Shown: positions 24,846 through 39,132 of the stretch, in pieces
Layout: each line of letters opens with the position of its first letter
How positions within the stretch are numbered: the stretch's first letter is position 1
NCBI GenBank assembly: GCA_951406725.2
Contig: OX597823.1
Coordinates: forward strand, 72,602,001 to 72,666,000
Source of the DNA: Octopus vulgaris
Lineage: Eukaryota
Length of the DNA stretch: 64,000 nucleotides
Direction: 5' to 3'
Made by a program: the position numbers and the translations under genes
Notes under the pieces: model-generated
Databases searched by the model: none
The model's input: only the letters and a program-made list of their open reading frames with translations
What the model was told of the DNA's origin: nothing

Positions 24846-25195
24846 GTATGTATGTATGTATTTACTACTGTGAAAATCATTTATATATGTAACATGTTTG
24901 GAAGCGTAAAAAATACTTTTAAAAGACTATATCAAAGGAACATGTACAGCTGCAGATGGTGGTGGTGGTGGTGGTGGTTGGATAGAGGTTTGTTTTGACA
25001 TACTTCCGAATCTATTTTGAGAAGTTACTTTTGCTGTACTCTGGATTAGTTTGAATGCATAATGTTTTTTTTATTATTATAATTTGCGTGTTGAGCTTGC
25101 AACAGCTTTCTTAGTAAATCTAACAACCGATCCTTTTGTAAAGAATAAAATATTTCTCTATTTAATTCGGATATATTCCAGATTTTAACATTAAT

Positions 25196-25251
<56 letters not shown>

Positions 25252-25259
25252 GCTGCTGT

Positions 25260-25290
<31 letters not shown>

Positions 25291-25306
25291 GCTGCTACTA
25301 CTATTA

Positions 25307-25339
<33 letters not shown>

Positions 25340-25410
25340 TTACTGCTGCGACTGCTACCACTATTACCAACTAGGATGATGATGATGATGATGATGAGTA
25401 GGAGGAGGAG
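25196..25410. repeat. Compound trinucleotide microsatellite (CTA/CTG/GAT/GGA)
   Basis: Direct inspection. Confidence 0.95.
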
Positions 25411-26761
25411 GGTTAATAACTACAATAACAATCTGACGTTAAGCAGCAGATTGAACCCTTAGTTGTTTCTGCTAGAAATACCAATACGAAACCTAGTGAA
25501 AATGTAATACAAACAACAGAATTTAACAAACAAGATGGAAAACTGAAATAGTACTACGACACTTACATATGAATATATAACAATTTAGTATATATGTCCC
25601 CCGAATTCTTTACTTCATTCATACTATTGTGTAATCCTGTTGTTTACCTGTAATTCCTGCAACATATAATTACGTATACATACACAGCTACATTTCCAAT
25701 AAGAAATAGTATTTAATAATATACAATATTCAAATATTATCGGAGGACAACACTATTAGCCATTTATCAGAAGGAGATGTGGTCTCTATACCGATTCAAA
25801 CTTCAGCTGTTCATAGTCGTAAGTCAAAGAAAATAACGTTACAGGTAGTGTCTCTCGAATTTCTTGTAAAGATAACGGGATTTTATTCCGCCAGTATCTA
25901 TTTGAAACTCTAATATAAATTCGTAGAGTATATAAGCTTTGTACTTTATGGACAATTTTTTCTGTTCTTGTAAAACTTCAAAACAATCGTACATATTTTG
26001 TAGCAAATATGAGCATAAAACTGAATTGCTTGATGATTTCCCTGAACGTCTTGCTGACACCAGTGATGAACAAACAGAAACAGTTTTATAGAAAACTCTA
26101 TGAAAGTCTATGGATCTATTATCTTAAAATATAGACGTGATGGTAATATATGGAGGTCATATTCGGATTCAGTGTTTCTAACATCTCCTACTTCAGATCC
26201 AAAGTTTTATAACAACAGTGAATGATATATATATATATATATTGGGCTTGTTATGATTTAAATAATTTGACTGTCTTGTGATAGGAGTGGTACAGGACTG
26301 GCTGTTAATGCTGTAAGTATATCTGTGTTATATCTGTGTTGAATTACGCAGAATGTGCAATATTGGCTATCTTATTTGATCTAATACGGATTCTGTAGCG
26401 TATATTTTGTGTGTTGTGCAAAATCTGCACGCTGTTCTCTTGTACTATTCAGAAATAAAATTACTTGTGTAGGATAAAGATAGTACCTACCAAAATAATT
26501 CTGTGGGCTATTTGTTTGGTAGAGAGCCAAAGAATATTTACATTATTCTCTTTCTCTAAATGCTATTTGATATAATATCTATTGCAACTACTGTCACTAT
26601 TTCCAATTTCCGTCTTTTACGCTTTCCTACCGTGCATTCAAATTATTTTGATTTCAAGATTCTTCGTTTGATATAAACAAGGCGTCTTCAGGGCGATGAT
26701 TTCATCTGTAGAGTTCGAGATGCGTATAAGATTAGTAAGATTTGTATTTCTGTCATTCATT

Positions 26762-27615
<854 letters not shown>

Positions 27616-27619
27616 TTAC

Positions 27620-29975
27620 TAATTAATACCTTTCTCGCGCACTTTTCAATGTACAACAAAATTCTTGCTGCTCCCAATTTGATCCTGTCAGGTGTTATAC
27701 GGTAACTTTCGTAGGACTGGGCAGCTAAGAATATTGCGTTCAATTATCTGTTTGTATTGGTTACATAATCTTCCTCTTTTGGTTACCATTGTTACTTTAT
27801 GCGACAAAGGTTTGATCCATATTTTGTGTCTGGTGAAAATGCTTTGAACTTTTGTTGTCCTTTACTCAAATTTTGTTCACTTTTGTCATATATCAGCAAC
27901 TTCATTTTCTATCGATAGAAATAAATATATAATGGAAAACATGTGCACAAGTCTTCAGGCTAAAGAACAACATTTTTAGAGTTTCTCAGAAATACTCAAA
28001 CTTAGAAGTGCTGAAAGTGAAGCTCTAACAATGTTTTGTTTTTTTCCCTAGAGAATGTTTGTCTTGTTTCAGGTGTGCCAGATGAAAATGGTGTGCAGAA
28101 TGGTCAAGTGGTTGGAGATCACTTATTAATGGGAGCATACACACCTGTATTTTGCGAAGTGAAACGACAATCACCAAAAACCTTGATCCTAGATTGGTTT
28201 TACTCTGAGAGGCGCAATCCATTTAGTTTTAATTCTGAATCAATTTTGATTCGGTTTCCATCTTCTATATTAGTGTCTTCTTTCAGTAGTTCTTTCTTCA
28301 TCCAGTCCCACCTATGTTCTGCAGCAACTTCGATTGTCACAACATGCAATTGATTGTGTAATCCTTTAGTGGGCAGCGTTACTTCGTGTTGTTTTTATAT
28401 GTTTTGTTTTTCCTTTTCTTTGCTTTAAATACGTCCTCATCCCCTCATCCCCAACTGACACTAGCAAGGCCTTACTTTGGGATAGGTATTTCCATAAACC
28501 TCGAAGCGTAATATGTAAGCAGCTTCCCACATTCATCAGTCCCCTTTCACTATTTGCTTCCTTGGTGTATAGGCAGTCATTGTCTGCACGTTGATAATGG
28601 GTTTCATTTATTTTCTTCCTGTAAAGTCATTTAGCTGATCCAATGTTCCCTTTAGAATTCCAGCGCCATATCAAACCACTTCGATTTCGCACGTTTATTG
28701 TCGAAATTATGTTTCTGGTTTAACATACATATATCTTCTTAACATATTTGACTATATGTGTCGTCTGTACATAGGTCTTCTGACATACATATGTCTTCTG
28801 TCCTGACAAGTTTTCCTCGTCTATCACAATCGAAGCACATTTTGAGAGTCCAAACTCATCTCAATATCATTCGAGAAAATCCGCACAGACTGGACTAAGC
28901 TGTCCAGTTTTGCCATGCTTTTTGCGAACAGCTTCAAGTCATCCATGAATAGCAGATGGTAAAGTTTTCTTTTACCACTTCCTCGATCATACCCAATAGT
29001 TGTCTTCGGCAGTGGTGCACTTTAGCTGATCTTTCTCAGCACAAAGATCAATGGGAATATACTATCTTCCTAGAAGATTCCTGTCCTAATTTTCACCTCC
29101 CAAAATACCTGATTCCCTGCTGTCAACTCAGTTCTTCAATATTTCATTGTTCCATTTAAGGTATCTTATGTTTTCTGCCCCTCCATACATTCCCATAGTT
29201 CTTATCCAAGAGCGCGGGTTGACATTGTATGTCTTACAATAACCAATGCATGTGATGCTCAGATTTATGTGCCTTCTCTTGCAGAGGTTGTAATGATTAC
29301 TTTATAAATTGACAGTTGATATTTAATTTCCCTGGTCGTCGGTAGACCCCTTTCTGTTCAAAAAGTTACTTTTATATAAGAACCCATACAGTTCACCGGA
29401 CAAACCAACTGACATTATTTTCTACGCAATAGCAGTAGACACGTTCTTGGTCGAAAGTTGTATACAGTATATACCCATTTCATGATCCTTGGCTTATCGT
29501 AATGTCCTTCCCTTTGTTATCCACATGGGTACTTAACATTGCTGCGAGCTGTAGGGCTATACTTTCATGGTGTCCTCTCAGATTTTTCACCCATTAACCT
29601 TGAACACCATCTGGCATAGTTCTCTTCCAGTTCGAGATTTTATCATTTCTGTATTTATTTCAGTTGTCTTGACCTTGTAAAGTTTTTGAAATATTTTGGA
29701 TTTATCGTTATGCTTTGCAGGTTGATCCAAGCTTCCTCCCCAGAATAACATGCTTTCGTCTGCATCAGGTATCAATGTTAGGTGTTATTGCAAATCTAGT
29801 TTCTCAAACAGTTTCTTTCTGATTGCCTTCAAACAATCTGTTCTACCTGAATTGTTTTGCTCTATTGCCATATCTTTCCTGTTTTGCCCTCGTTGCAACT
29901 ACTCTTTGATATCACTTCGCACCCTCTATCTTTTAACTTATGTTCTTTCAAGTCTTATTCTTATGCTTACGTTTT
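27620..29975 (-). mobile_element. R4/Dong-clade non-LTR retrotransposon, decayed
   Basis: Minus-strand HLLFMDDLKLFAK (FMDD 28938-28949), FSNDIEMSLDSQKCA and C-terminal LGAARIL near 27660-27680. Confidence 0.82.
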
Positions 29976-29979
29976 GCAA

Positions 29980-30230
29980 TTCCTCCTCACTTCCTCTTCG
30001 TTTTCATCCTCATCCTCCTCCTCATCATCATCATCTTCCTCCTCATCCTCCTCATCCTCCTCCTCCTCATCATCATCATTATCATCTTCGTCTTCTTCGT
30101 CTTCTTCTTCTTCTTCTTCTCCTTCTTTTTCTCCTTGTTCTTCTTCTCTCTACATTTTCTTCTTCCTATCATTATTATTATTATAATTAGTAGTAGTTTT
30201 AGTGGTAGTAGTAGTAGTAGTAGTAGTAAT
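29980..30230. repeat. Compound trinucleotide microsatellite (TCC/TCA/TCT/TTA/TAG)
   Basis: Direct inspection. Confidence 0.95.
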
Positions 30231-31389
30231 TTATTTTTCTACAACAGTGTTGCTAGCGTAGAAATTACGGAAGCAAGTGAAATTGATTATTAGTTCCATG
30301 ATTAATTGTAAATAATTCAAAATTTCCAATTTACTGTTCTTTATTTTTAGATCGATAATGAATATGCAGTTCTTGTTGAAGCGATCGATATATTCCTCTT
30401 TAAAAGAAGTCGATAATATATTGATATGTATTCTGTTGCAGTTTGAGAAAAGTCAGGCTCGGGAGGATAAATGCCATTTCTATATTTCGATTAACGAAGT
30501 AGGAAATATGTCTCCTTCATACTATTACTATTTCGTTCCAACAAGAAATTTATTAGTGATTCATTGTCCACGCCAATTCTATGCTTCACAGATGGAAGTT
30601 CAAAATAAATTATATCATGCTTTCTGGAAATCGATAAAAAGTTATGTAAGAAATCTCTTGTTGCGAGATTTAGTGAAAAATAAAATTCATTCTCCCTAGC
30701 ACGTATTCTAAACTGTGAACTCTAACGGCGATTAAAGAACATGATATCACTTTATATTTTAACATCAATTACGATTTGCATTTGTTCATTGTGTTAAACA
30801 TCAATCAAGTTTCAACGTAGTGAAATTTAAAACTAATTTAAAAGCAACCGATTTTTATGTTAATCTTTTGATATAGTGTAATATATCATGTATGTTGTCG
30901 TTCTATTGAATGCAATTATTGAATTATATATTTATGATAAAATACTAAACAATGATATTAAATATTGATTTCTTTCGAGAAGTACCAAAGTCGATTAATT
31001 TTTGCAAAATGCATTGCTGTGTAGTTTATTGAATAGACGCATTATATTACGGTTACTTATTTCATCGAGCGTCTAGATTTCAGTTTGTAGAAATACGAGC
31101 TAAACTTCATAAGGCATTTAAACATACACTTTAATACGTTTGGTAAACTAACCATTTATACATGATACTCCAGGAAGGATAACGATTTCCTGCGGAGGGT
31201 AAATCTAGATGAACAACAAAATAAGTATCGTGATGCTCATTTATTTGCAAATTTTGTTATTGACACGAACTAAGAAATGTAAGAATTTAACATAAGGTGA
31301 CTGATTTGAAAAAATCCTGTTGAAAGTTATAACGGAAAGCCTGGATACCAAGCTTCGTAAATGTCTAGGATGACTGCAATATAGCGACT

Positions 31390-32420
31390 CATTGGCACCC
31401 ACTCTTGAGGGATTGCTTTGCCTAAGATTCTTCTCTCACTACCCAGAGCACTATGGCGCCACTTTCACAGATCGCCTCCCTAATATTGATAACACCATCC
31501 GGTGCTTTACTGAATTGATCTGTAATATCAAATTCGGTGGTCTTCTACTAGCCTATCTATCTTCAATCTCTTCCAGCCGCATCATCATCGGGATGACCAA
31601 CCTCAATGTGACCCAGAGGCTGGAGTCAGCTGTAGCCGATTGGATTGCTGAAGGCCTTGCTGTCCTCCATAATACAAGTGTCCAACATAACTGGGATGAC
31701 ATCAAATGCAAATATGCCTTCGGACTGGTTGAGGCATCTTTAGACCAGTACTGCCTTAACTGTCTCCGTTTTGCTTCGCAGTCAAACAGAGGCGCGTGAC
31801 TTTAATTCGGTGCTGTCGTATCAACCGGTACCCTTCTTGATGTTGAGTGTAATCTTATTGGAGTGGCCCAACACCTGGGTCCCAGTGAGTGTGAGACGCA
31901 CCAAAGTCATTGTGGAATGGTAGTCGATGAATTCGTTCTGCAGTCATCCGCTAGACATATCGAGGGCCGGCTGAGTTATTTTATTAGAAAAGAACTCAAT
32001 GCGGCTGGTTTCTCGTCACAACCAACTCCAAATGTAGTATGGTAAACACCCAGACGTGTAAAACCTGCTTTCCATACGTGGGAGGCGGATCATTAACCTG
32101 GGACGCAACATGGTGCCATAAATACTCAGGATTCAACCTTACTACGGCGGCTGTAAACCCCGGATAGCGCTGCCTGTAACACAGAGGAGAGAAAGATAAA
32201 GAAATAGAGGAGCCTAACCGGCTGCTACCTGTTTGTACCGGTTGTCGTCCAGACCTGAGGTGTTCTTGTGCCCTTCGTTGCTGATTTCCTCTGTAATACC
32301 AGCATAACAGCTGTTCGCCTGGGAAATGAGGCCCGCGAGATGGGGTGATATTTCAGCGAGTGTCGACGACCATTCCAATCTCTACGGAAACACCTCTGGT
32401 ATCACGGCCGCGAGACAGCA
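31390..32420 (+). mobile_element. CRE-clade non-LTR retrotransposon 3' fragment (zinc knuckle + restriction-like endonuclease relic)
   Basis: GA*L...GTLLD...GVAQHLG..CETHQSHCGMVVD, ARH, KELNAAG, GKHPD, LTWDAT, AACNTEERKIKK, YLFVPVVVQT.G and GNTS match the CRE C-terminal pattern (GAWL, RH, DGKRPDG, WDAT, AE..K..KY, ET.G, QRGNA). Confidence 0.75.
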
Positions 32421-32656
32421 AAACAAGTCATTTGTTCTGGGGTGTACAGCCTGCTACACAACACCATTTTCTGCTGCTTCATTCATCTCCCACTTTTTTT
32501 CATTTTCTTTCTGTCCTTGGTGAGATAATAATGTTTCTAATTTCCTTTCTTGATAATATGACCTATTATACTTTTAATGTTATTTTCCTTCTTTTTTTCC
32601 TGTCCAAACGACATCAGAAAATTGGCTTAGCGTATCTTGCAAATTTCTTTATGGTA

Positions 32657-32688
<32 letters not shown>

Positions 32689-33412
32689 TACCACCATTAC
32701 TATTACTATTCCTGCTGCTGCTGTTGTTGCAGCTAACTATTGCTATTATCGATAATAATGAAAACAATCGATATTTTTTTTCTAATTTTTGCTGTTCACA
32801 GTGTCGAAGAAATACTGCTAAATACCAAGAGCAATTAAACAGGTGGCTTACTAAGACATGTAGAGTGAACGGAAGATAGGTGAAGGTGTGAGAAACGTTA
32901 TGTAATAGAACCAATCATAAAATTATAAAACAAATATTGGAAGGATCTAGATTAATAAAATTATGATAAAACATAGTAAGATTATGATACGAATATAAAA
33001 GTTAAACCTCCGAGTTGCTTTCATCAGGGCACACTACGCTCTTGATTTAGATTACGATATATTTTCTCTATTTATGGCTGTCCTTCCCAGGAAATTTCAT
33101 GAGGTGTGCTCATGTTATTGTAGGGAAGTGAGGTTCCAGAGCATCTAGATTCTTGAAATATAACACTATCTGAAATCTAAAATCCTATTTTTCCGGTTGT
33201 GATGTAAGCAACAATAGCGACAACAAAAACGAGAACAGCAACAACGACAATAAGAACTGCAATAAGAACACATAAAAGTGCTGGAACAAGTGTGATATCA
33301 TCTTTTCAATAACACATTCTCCATTCTCTCCAACTATAGACTTCACGAGGTTAACGTCCATCAACTTTGGTAATTATAGATTTTAATAATGTTTTTGTGT
33401 GTTTTATTTTAT

Positions 33413-33830
33413 TGGCGAAGGCATGACTGTGTGATTAAGAACCTCGCTTTGTAGCCACATGGTTCCGGGATCAATCCCACCTCGACAAAGTTTAACTTGG
33501 CCCAGAACTAACCAATAATTCTTCAATGAATTTCATAGCGAATACTGTTTGCAATCCTGTGTTATACACAAATTCACGCGCGCTCGCACACACACATAGA
33601 CAAACACACAAACACACGTGCATGTATGCATGAGTGTGTTTGTACTTGTGCCTTACCGCTTGACAAGCTCTGTTGGTTTACTCTTACTTTCACGTAGCAT
33701 AGCCGTTCGGCAAAAAATACCGACAGAATAAGAACCGGACTTACGAAGAAATAAGAACTGGGATAGATTCCTTACATTAAACTTTTGAAGGTGAGGTGCA
33801 ATAAAGCATGGCCGCAATAAAGATTAAAGA
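33413..33830 (+). mobile_element. SINE family A-related, old copy
   Basis: ccacatggttccgggatcaatccc, gttcggcaaaaaataccgacagaataag and gcatggccgca. Confidence 0.75.
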
Positions 33831-33892
33831 AAACACGATTAAAGATATTTTGTTACATAAATTTATAGATCTTCATAGCTATTTCTATTATA

Positions 33893-34080
33893 TTTATTTC
33901 TTTATTACTCACAGGGGGGCTAAACATAGAGGGGGCAAACAAGGACAGACAAAGAGTTTAAGTCGACTATATCGACCCCAGTGCGTAACTGGTACTTATT
34001 TAATCGACCCCGAAAGGATGAAAGGTAAAGTCGACCTCGGCGTAATTTGAACTCACAGCGTAGCGGCAGACGAAATACAT
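33893..34080 (-). mobile_element. SINE family B with LINE-like tail, 5'-truncated at gtatttcgtc
   Basis: Reverse complement of the 38887 copy from gtatttcgtctgcc onward. Confidence 0.9.
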
Positions 34081-34081
34081 A

Positions 34082-34308
34082 TTTCTATTTCTTTACTACT
34101 CACAGGTGGCTAACCACAGAGAGGACAAACAAAGACAGACAAACGGACTAAGTCGATTGCATCGACCCCAGTGCGTAACTGGTACTTAATTTATCGACCT
34201 CGAAAGGATGAAAAGCTAAATGACCTCGGTGGAATTTGAACTCAGAACATAGCGGCAGACGTAGCATTTCGCCCGGCGTGTTAACGTTTCTGCCAGCTCG
34301 CCGCCTTA
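34082..34308 (-). mobile_element. SINE family B with LINE-like tail, full length
   Basis: aaggcggcgagctggcagaaacg head through gtagtaaagaaatagaaata tail. Confidence 0.9.
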
Positions 34309-34679
34309 ACAGTTTTTATTATATCATCCAATAGTTCAGGGTGTAATTGTAGGATCTGTTTCTTTGTTAAAAATCTTGAATTTTTTTCGGTATATATACT
34401 GAAGTATCTTGAAGGAGTTACACCGGTCATAGTTTCAAAGTGTTGACTATTTTGTTTATAATTATGATTTCTTGCCATATTTAAGGATGAAAGGGAAACT
34501 TGTCTTAGATGTTTTTATTAGGCCGATTAAGAAAATATCTTCCGGTCTTTCATCTCGGTGTGGCAATTTACTTTCTTTCCATTTTCTCCTAAGAAATCAA
34601 CGCTTCTAATGGATCCCTCTCTTAATCTTCACGTAGTTGTCTTACAACGTTTGAAAATGAGCGCTAAGCGATCAGTCAT

Positions 34680-35255
34680 GGGAGAGGGGAGGAGAATAAG
34701 ATTGCATCTGTATGATGGATTGAATCGACCCTAGTACTTTACTGCTACTTTATTCTATCGACGCTAAATGAATAAAAAGCGTAGTTGTCTTCAATAAAAT
34801 TTATACTCAAAACACAAAGAGTGAGAAGTAAATGTTCCTTTGATTATAGGGACAAGGAGTTAAATTTTGTGGGAGGAAGAGAGCCGATTACATTAAACCA
34901 AATGATCAAGTGATACCTATTTTATCGACTCCGAAACGATGAAAGACAAAATCTACTTCGGTGGATTTTGAAGTCAAAATGTAAAAGACGGACGGTATGG
35001 CACTAAGCGTCTTGCCCGGCATGCGAACGATTGTGCAAGCAGAAATTAAATATTGATTTCAAATTTTGGCGCAAGACCATCAGTTTTAGTTGAGGCGTTT
35101 AAACAGATAACATCGACAGCAGTGCTCAAATGTAACTTATTTTATTGACCCCGAAAAGATGAAAGGGAAATTCGACCTCAGCGGAATTTGAAAGCAGAGA
35201 ATGCCGCTTCGCCTTTTGCCCGGCGTATTAAAGATTCTGCCAGGTCACCGCCCTT
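34680..35255 (-). mobile_element. Cluster of ~3 old family-B-related SINEs
   Basis: Repeated decayed tttatcgacnccgaaa.gatgaaag...cgacctc.gcggaatttgaa modules. Confidence 0.7.
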
Positions 35256-35895
35256 TGCGGCAAGAAAATATTACAAGGCAATTGTTACGAAGTCTTCAAG
35301 GTCAGGTTGAAATATATTATAATTCATTAAAAAATCTAATCAACAAAAAATATTAATACAAAAAGCTGAAAAAGATACAGAAACATTTTCCTCGATAGCA
35401 AACATGAAACTGAAAAAGAAGTATTGGAATTACAGAACTTGCTGGAAAGTGCACAAGGTAGTCAGGAAAGAATATTTTCAAATATTCATATCAGGTATGT
35501 GCCTGATTTCCATGTAATACATGTCTCATGTCCTCTATACTTTGTATCTTTTATGAAGGTCAAAATTGTCCAAGGTTACTGTTGATATTACTCTTAAGAT
35601 TTTTCAATTTACTATTACAGCTTTTCCTGAGAAAATGCTGTAAATATTTTTACTCTCTCTATATATATATATTCTGACCTATTAAGTGATGTTTATCGCT
35701 TAACTTATACTTAGAAGACAATTGTTTAAGTAAATTACAAACTCTTATTTTAAAAATTGCTTATACATAAACCACTTTATTTTATCTTCCCAAATAGATT
35801 ATAATAGTGTAACACAGCATTATTCTTCGCAAACAGTTATGCATTTACAATAAAAATGTATTGATACAATCTCTAAAATGTACATAAAACAGTTC

Positions 35896-37430
35896 AGCGC
35901 AAAAATGAATTTGTGAAATTGCGGATTTTCCAAAGTAATCATTAATATTGAATAACAGTAAATTCCTGTTGACCTTCGGAGTACATAGTTCCTGGAAGCA
36001 CTAATGGAGATGCAATGGCTCTGGTATCTTATATGTTTACAGGGATTTTTTTTAATCAAATACCGCCCAAACTTGTTAAATAAGAAAGCAAGTTACAGTA
36101 GATGTGTTATAGAACTGTAGACGATTTCCGCATTCGATTATGTCGGACCGTGTAAGTATTAGACATTACCAATGTAGACTCATTTGAAAAATATGGTTTA
36201 CCGACCTATGAGATATCCTCTCTTTGATATGGACGAAAAAAATTCGGATACCTGATTTGCATGCGAATGAAGAAGTTCATGAAAGCTCCATTCGAATAAA
36301 ACCAGTGAGAAAACAAAGCAGTTGTGGCCGATTTGTAAAGATCTCTTTGAGGTTTTTAAAGGATGACCTGGTAGATATATATCAGGCTTGCGAAGCAAAT
36401 TCAGTTCTCCACAATGATAGACTGAGATCTCGCGTCTTTCTATGCTCCATTCAGAGAGAAAGAAATAAGACGCTGTGTGTGTGTGTGCACGTGCGTGACC
36501 GGGTAAATGTGACTGACTTCTACGTATCCACATATGTTTATGTGTGTGGAACACGAAGTGATATGGGGTTTTGTAATGAAGGGCGATGGGTATATTGAAT
36601 GAAGCGAGACCATAAGCAAAATTATACTTGTCAATTTCGCCAAATGTTATGAATCTCACTCTAGCAACACTTTGTTAATAGTATTTTAACATCTTTATAA
36701 AGTTCCCTTTATACTTTCATCTTTTCAATTTCATTACTCATTGTAGTTTATCCTTTGTACCAACGTTTGATGAACGTGGTCTTTAATAGCATTGGAGTTA
36801 TTGTTCATAAATTGTCAAAGTGAGTTGGTGTATTTCACATTATATGTCAAAACGGGTATTGATAATTACTTTCCATTTTCATGAATATGCAACTGAATAA
36901 AAATCCATCGATGGTAAATGCAGAGATTTATTAATTATAAGAGATGAGATGACAAAGAACTACAATCATTTAACTGGAAATAATCTTGATCAGAGCGTCT
37001 CATGATAATAGCTTCAAAATATCTTCTTAAACGTTATCTGTAGAATAGCTACATGTTAATGTATCTAGTTCCCCATAAACGCTGGTTTTTTTTAAATGAA
37101 TAATGAAACAGACAACGAAATGTCAACGAGAAACGAGTGGAAGAGTAAATGCTCATCCATTTCCCAAGAGCAGTCATGACGGGCACGAAGTTATATAGGA
37201 AACAAAATTGCACTGTGCTCAAAACACCCCATCATCCCAAGTTTTGCTATATATTCGTTACTTCTGGCTGTGTAAAAATTAACAAAATTAAAAAATATAT
37301 ATATTAATATTGCATCTCCATTAGCGTTTCAAGGAATTATGTACTGTGAAGGTCAAAAAGGAATTTACTGTTATTCAATATTAATGATAACTTTGGAAAA
37401 TCCGCAATTTCACAAATTCGTTTTTGTGCT
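35896..37430 (-). mobile_element. Decayed DNA transposon with long inverted repeats (probably Tc1-like)
   Basis: Inverted repeats 35896-36016 and 37309-37430. Weak minus-strand Tc1 C-terminal traces (EW....RDLS..LW; ELLHS...KRG*) at 36198-36450. Confidence 0.65.
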
Positions 37431-38624
37431 AAATGTATTAATATAATTTTTCAAAAATGTAAATGTTTATACAAAGATCATAGCAAAAAAAGCTGACACC
37501 TATTATTTTGTGTGCATACAAAATTGTACTGGATATACTTGTTAAATAACGAACAAAACTTTCACTTCTTCCGAAAATAATGAGGTTTTGAATTTAACCA
37601 TCGAACCTGTGAAGCGTAAATGAAGCTATCAAATTGTCATTTATTCGATATTTTGTATATGTATGTTACCTGTGTGGTAGTTCGCAGGGGATATTAAAAT
37701 TGGGTGCTGTAATGGGCATGATTCCATTGCACAAATACGTCTAATGGTTATTTGGTGATTACATATTACTGCTGGTAATATATATTATTAAGAGAAATAT
37801 GAATATGCAAAATTGCGTAAAGAGTGTTGGTGTTTTTGAGGGATTATATGATTTCTATTCGAAATCAGGAAAAGCATTTTTGTTTGTCTCTCATTCAAAC
37901 TGCACAGTAAAATATTTGTCCAAATGTTTGTCCGATAAAGAAACATTCGATAATTTTTTCTTTGACCACACTTTTCATAACGATGACGAAATTAAAAATA
38001 TGAAATATTCAATCAGATAAATACAGAAAATCTAAATGTATCCTTGTCAGTAGAGTTCATTGTGACAACAACTTTCGAATCATATCTGTGGCTTTCGTCC
38101 ATGTCTATAGGAAAACTATAACACCAGATCTACCAACAATAACAAGAAGATAAGAGATTCATTGATATTTATTTTTAGTATGTATTTTATGAACATGAAA
38201 TTTATGCAATAATCTAGGTACGGTACAATATCAAATCTGATGCTAGAGCTTAATTATTGAAAATAAGGCTCATAAAAATATCTGCGGAAACTAAACATTT
38301 TAACTATTGTCTCAAGTCAGCTCTACAACTATTTTTATGAAACAGAAAATAGCAACACATTATTATAGAAGATATGGAACACTACCCACAATGGATATAT
38401 ATTAAAATGTTTACTGTGCCAATTATACATAATGCAGCTTTACTACAATAGAGCAAAACTGAAGAATCTGACGAAATGTCCTGCGATTCGTTGGATTATT
38501 GATCAGTCTCGATTTTGAGTAGAATTTAAATGTCTTATGATACTTATTCTGTAGGAATTGCAATGTCTATGGAATAACAAAACATTATTTCCGTATATTT
38601 CTCGTGCATTTTCAGCTGACAAGT

Positions 38625-38626
<2 letters not shown>

Positions 38627-38714
<88 letters not shown>

Positions 38715-38745
38715 CTCTATCCTTGTCTCTGTCATATTACATTTT

Positions 38746-38792
<47 letters not shown>
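38627..38792. repeat. (ATCT)n and (TA)n microsatellites
   Basis: Direct inspection. Confidence 0.95.
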
Positions 38793-38796
<4 letters not shown>

Positions 38797-38886
38797 AGAG
38801 AGATAACATAGAAAGATTGACTGTTTGGCTGAGCTGTTTTACTGTAGTATATTGTGCTACCTTCTCTCGTCGGTATAATGCTTGTG

Positions 38887-39132
38887 AGCTGGCAGAAACG
38901 GCGGCGAGCTGGCAGAAACGTTAGCGCGCCGGACGAAAGGCTGAGCGGTATTTCGTCTGCCGCTACGTTCTGAGTTCAAATTCCGCCGAGGTCGACTTTG
39001 CCTTTCATCCTTTCGCGGTCGATAAATTAAGTACCAGTTACGCACTGGGGTCGATGTAATCGACTTAATACCTATGTCTGTCCTTGTTTGTCCCCTCTAT
39101 GTTTAGCCCCTTGTGGGTAATAAAGAAATAGA
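38887..39132 (+). mobile_element. SINE family B, full length, with 13-bp target-site duplication
   Basis: TSD tataatgcttgtg at 38874-38886 and 39133-39145; tRNA-like head; tail shared with the LINE at 2290-2347. Confidence 0.95.

Noticed and set aside
25840-26700. Possible APE endonuclease relic on the minus strand
   Set aside because: Only vague motif resemblance.
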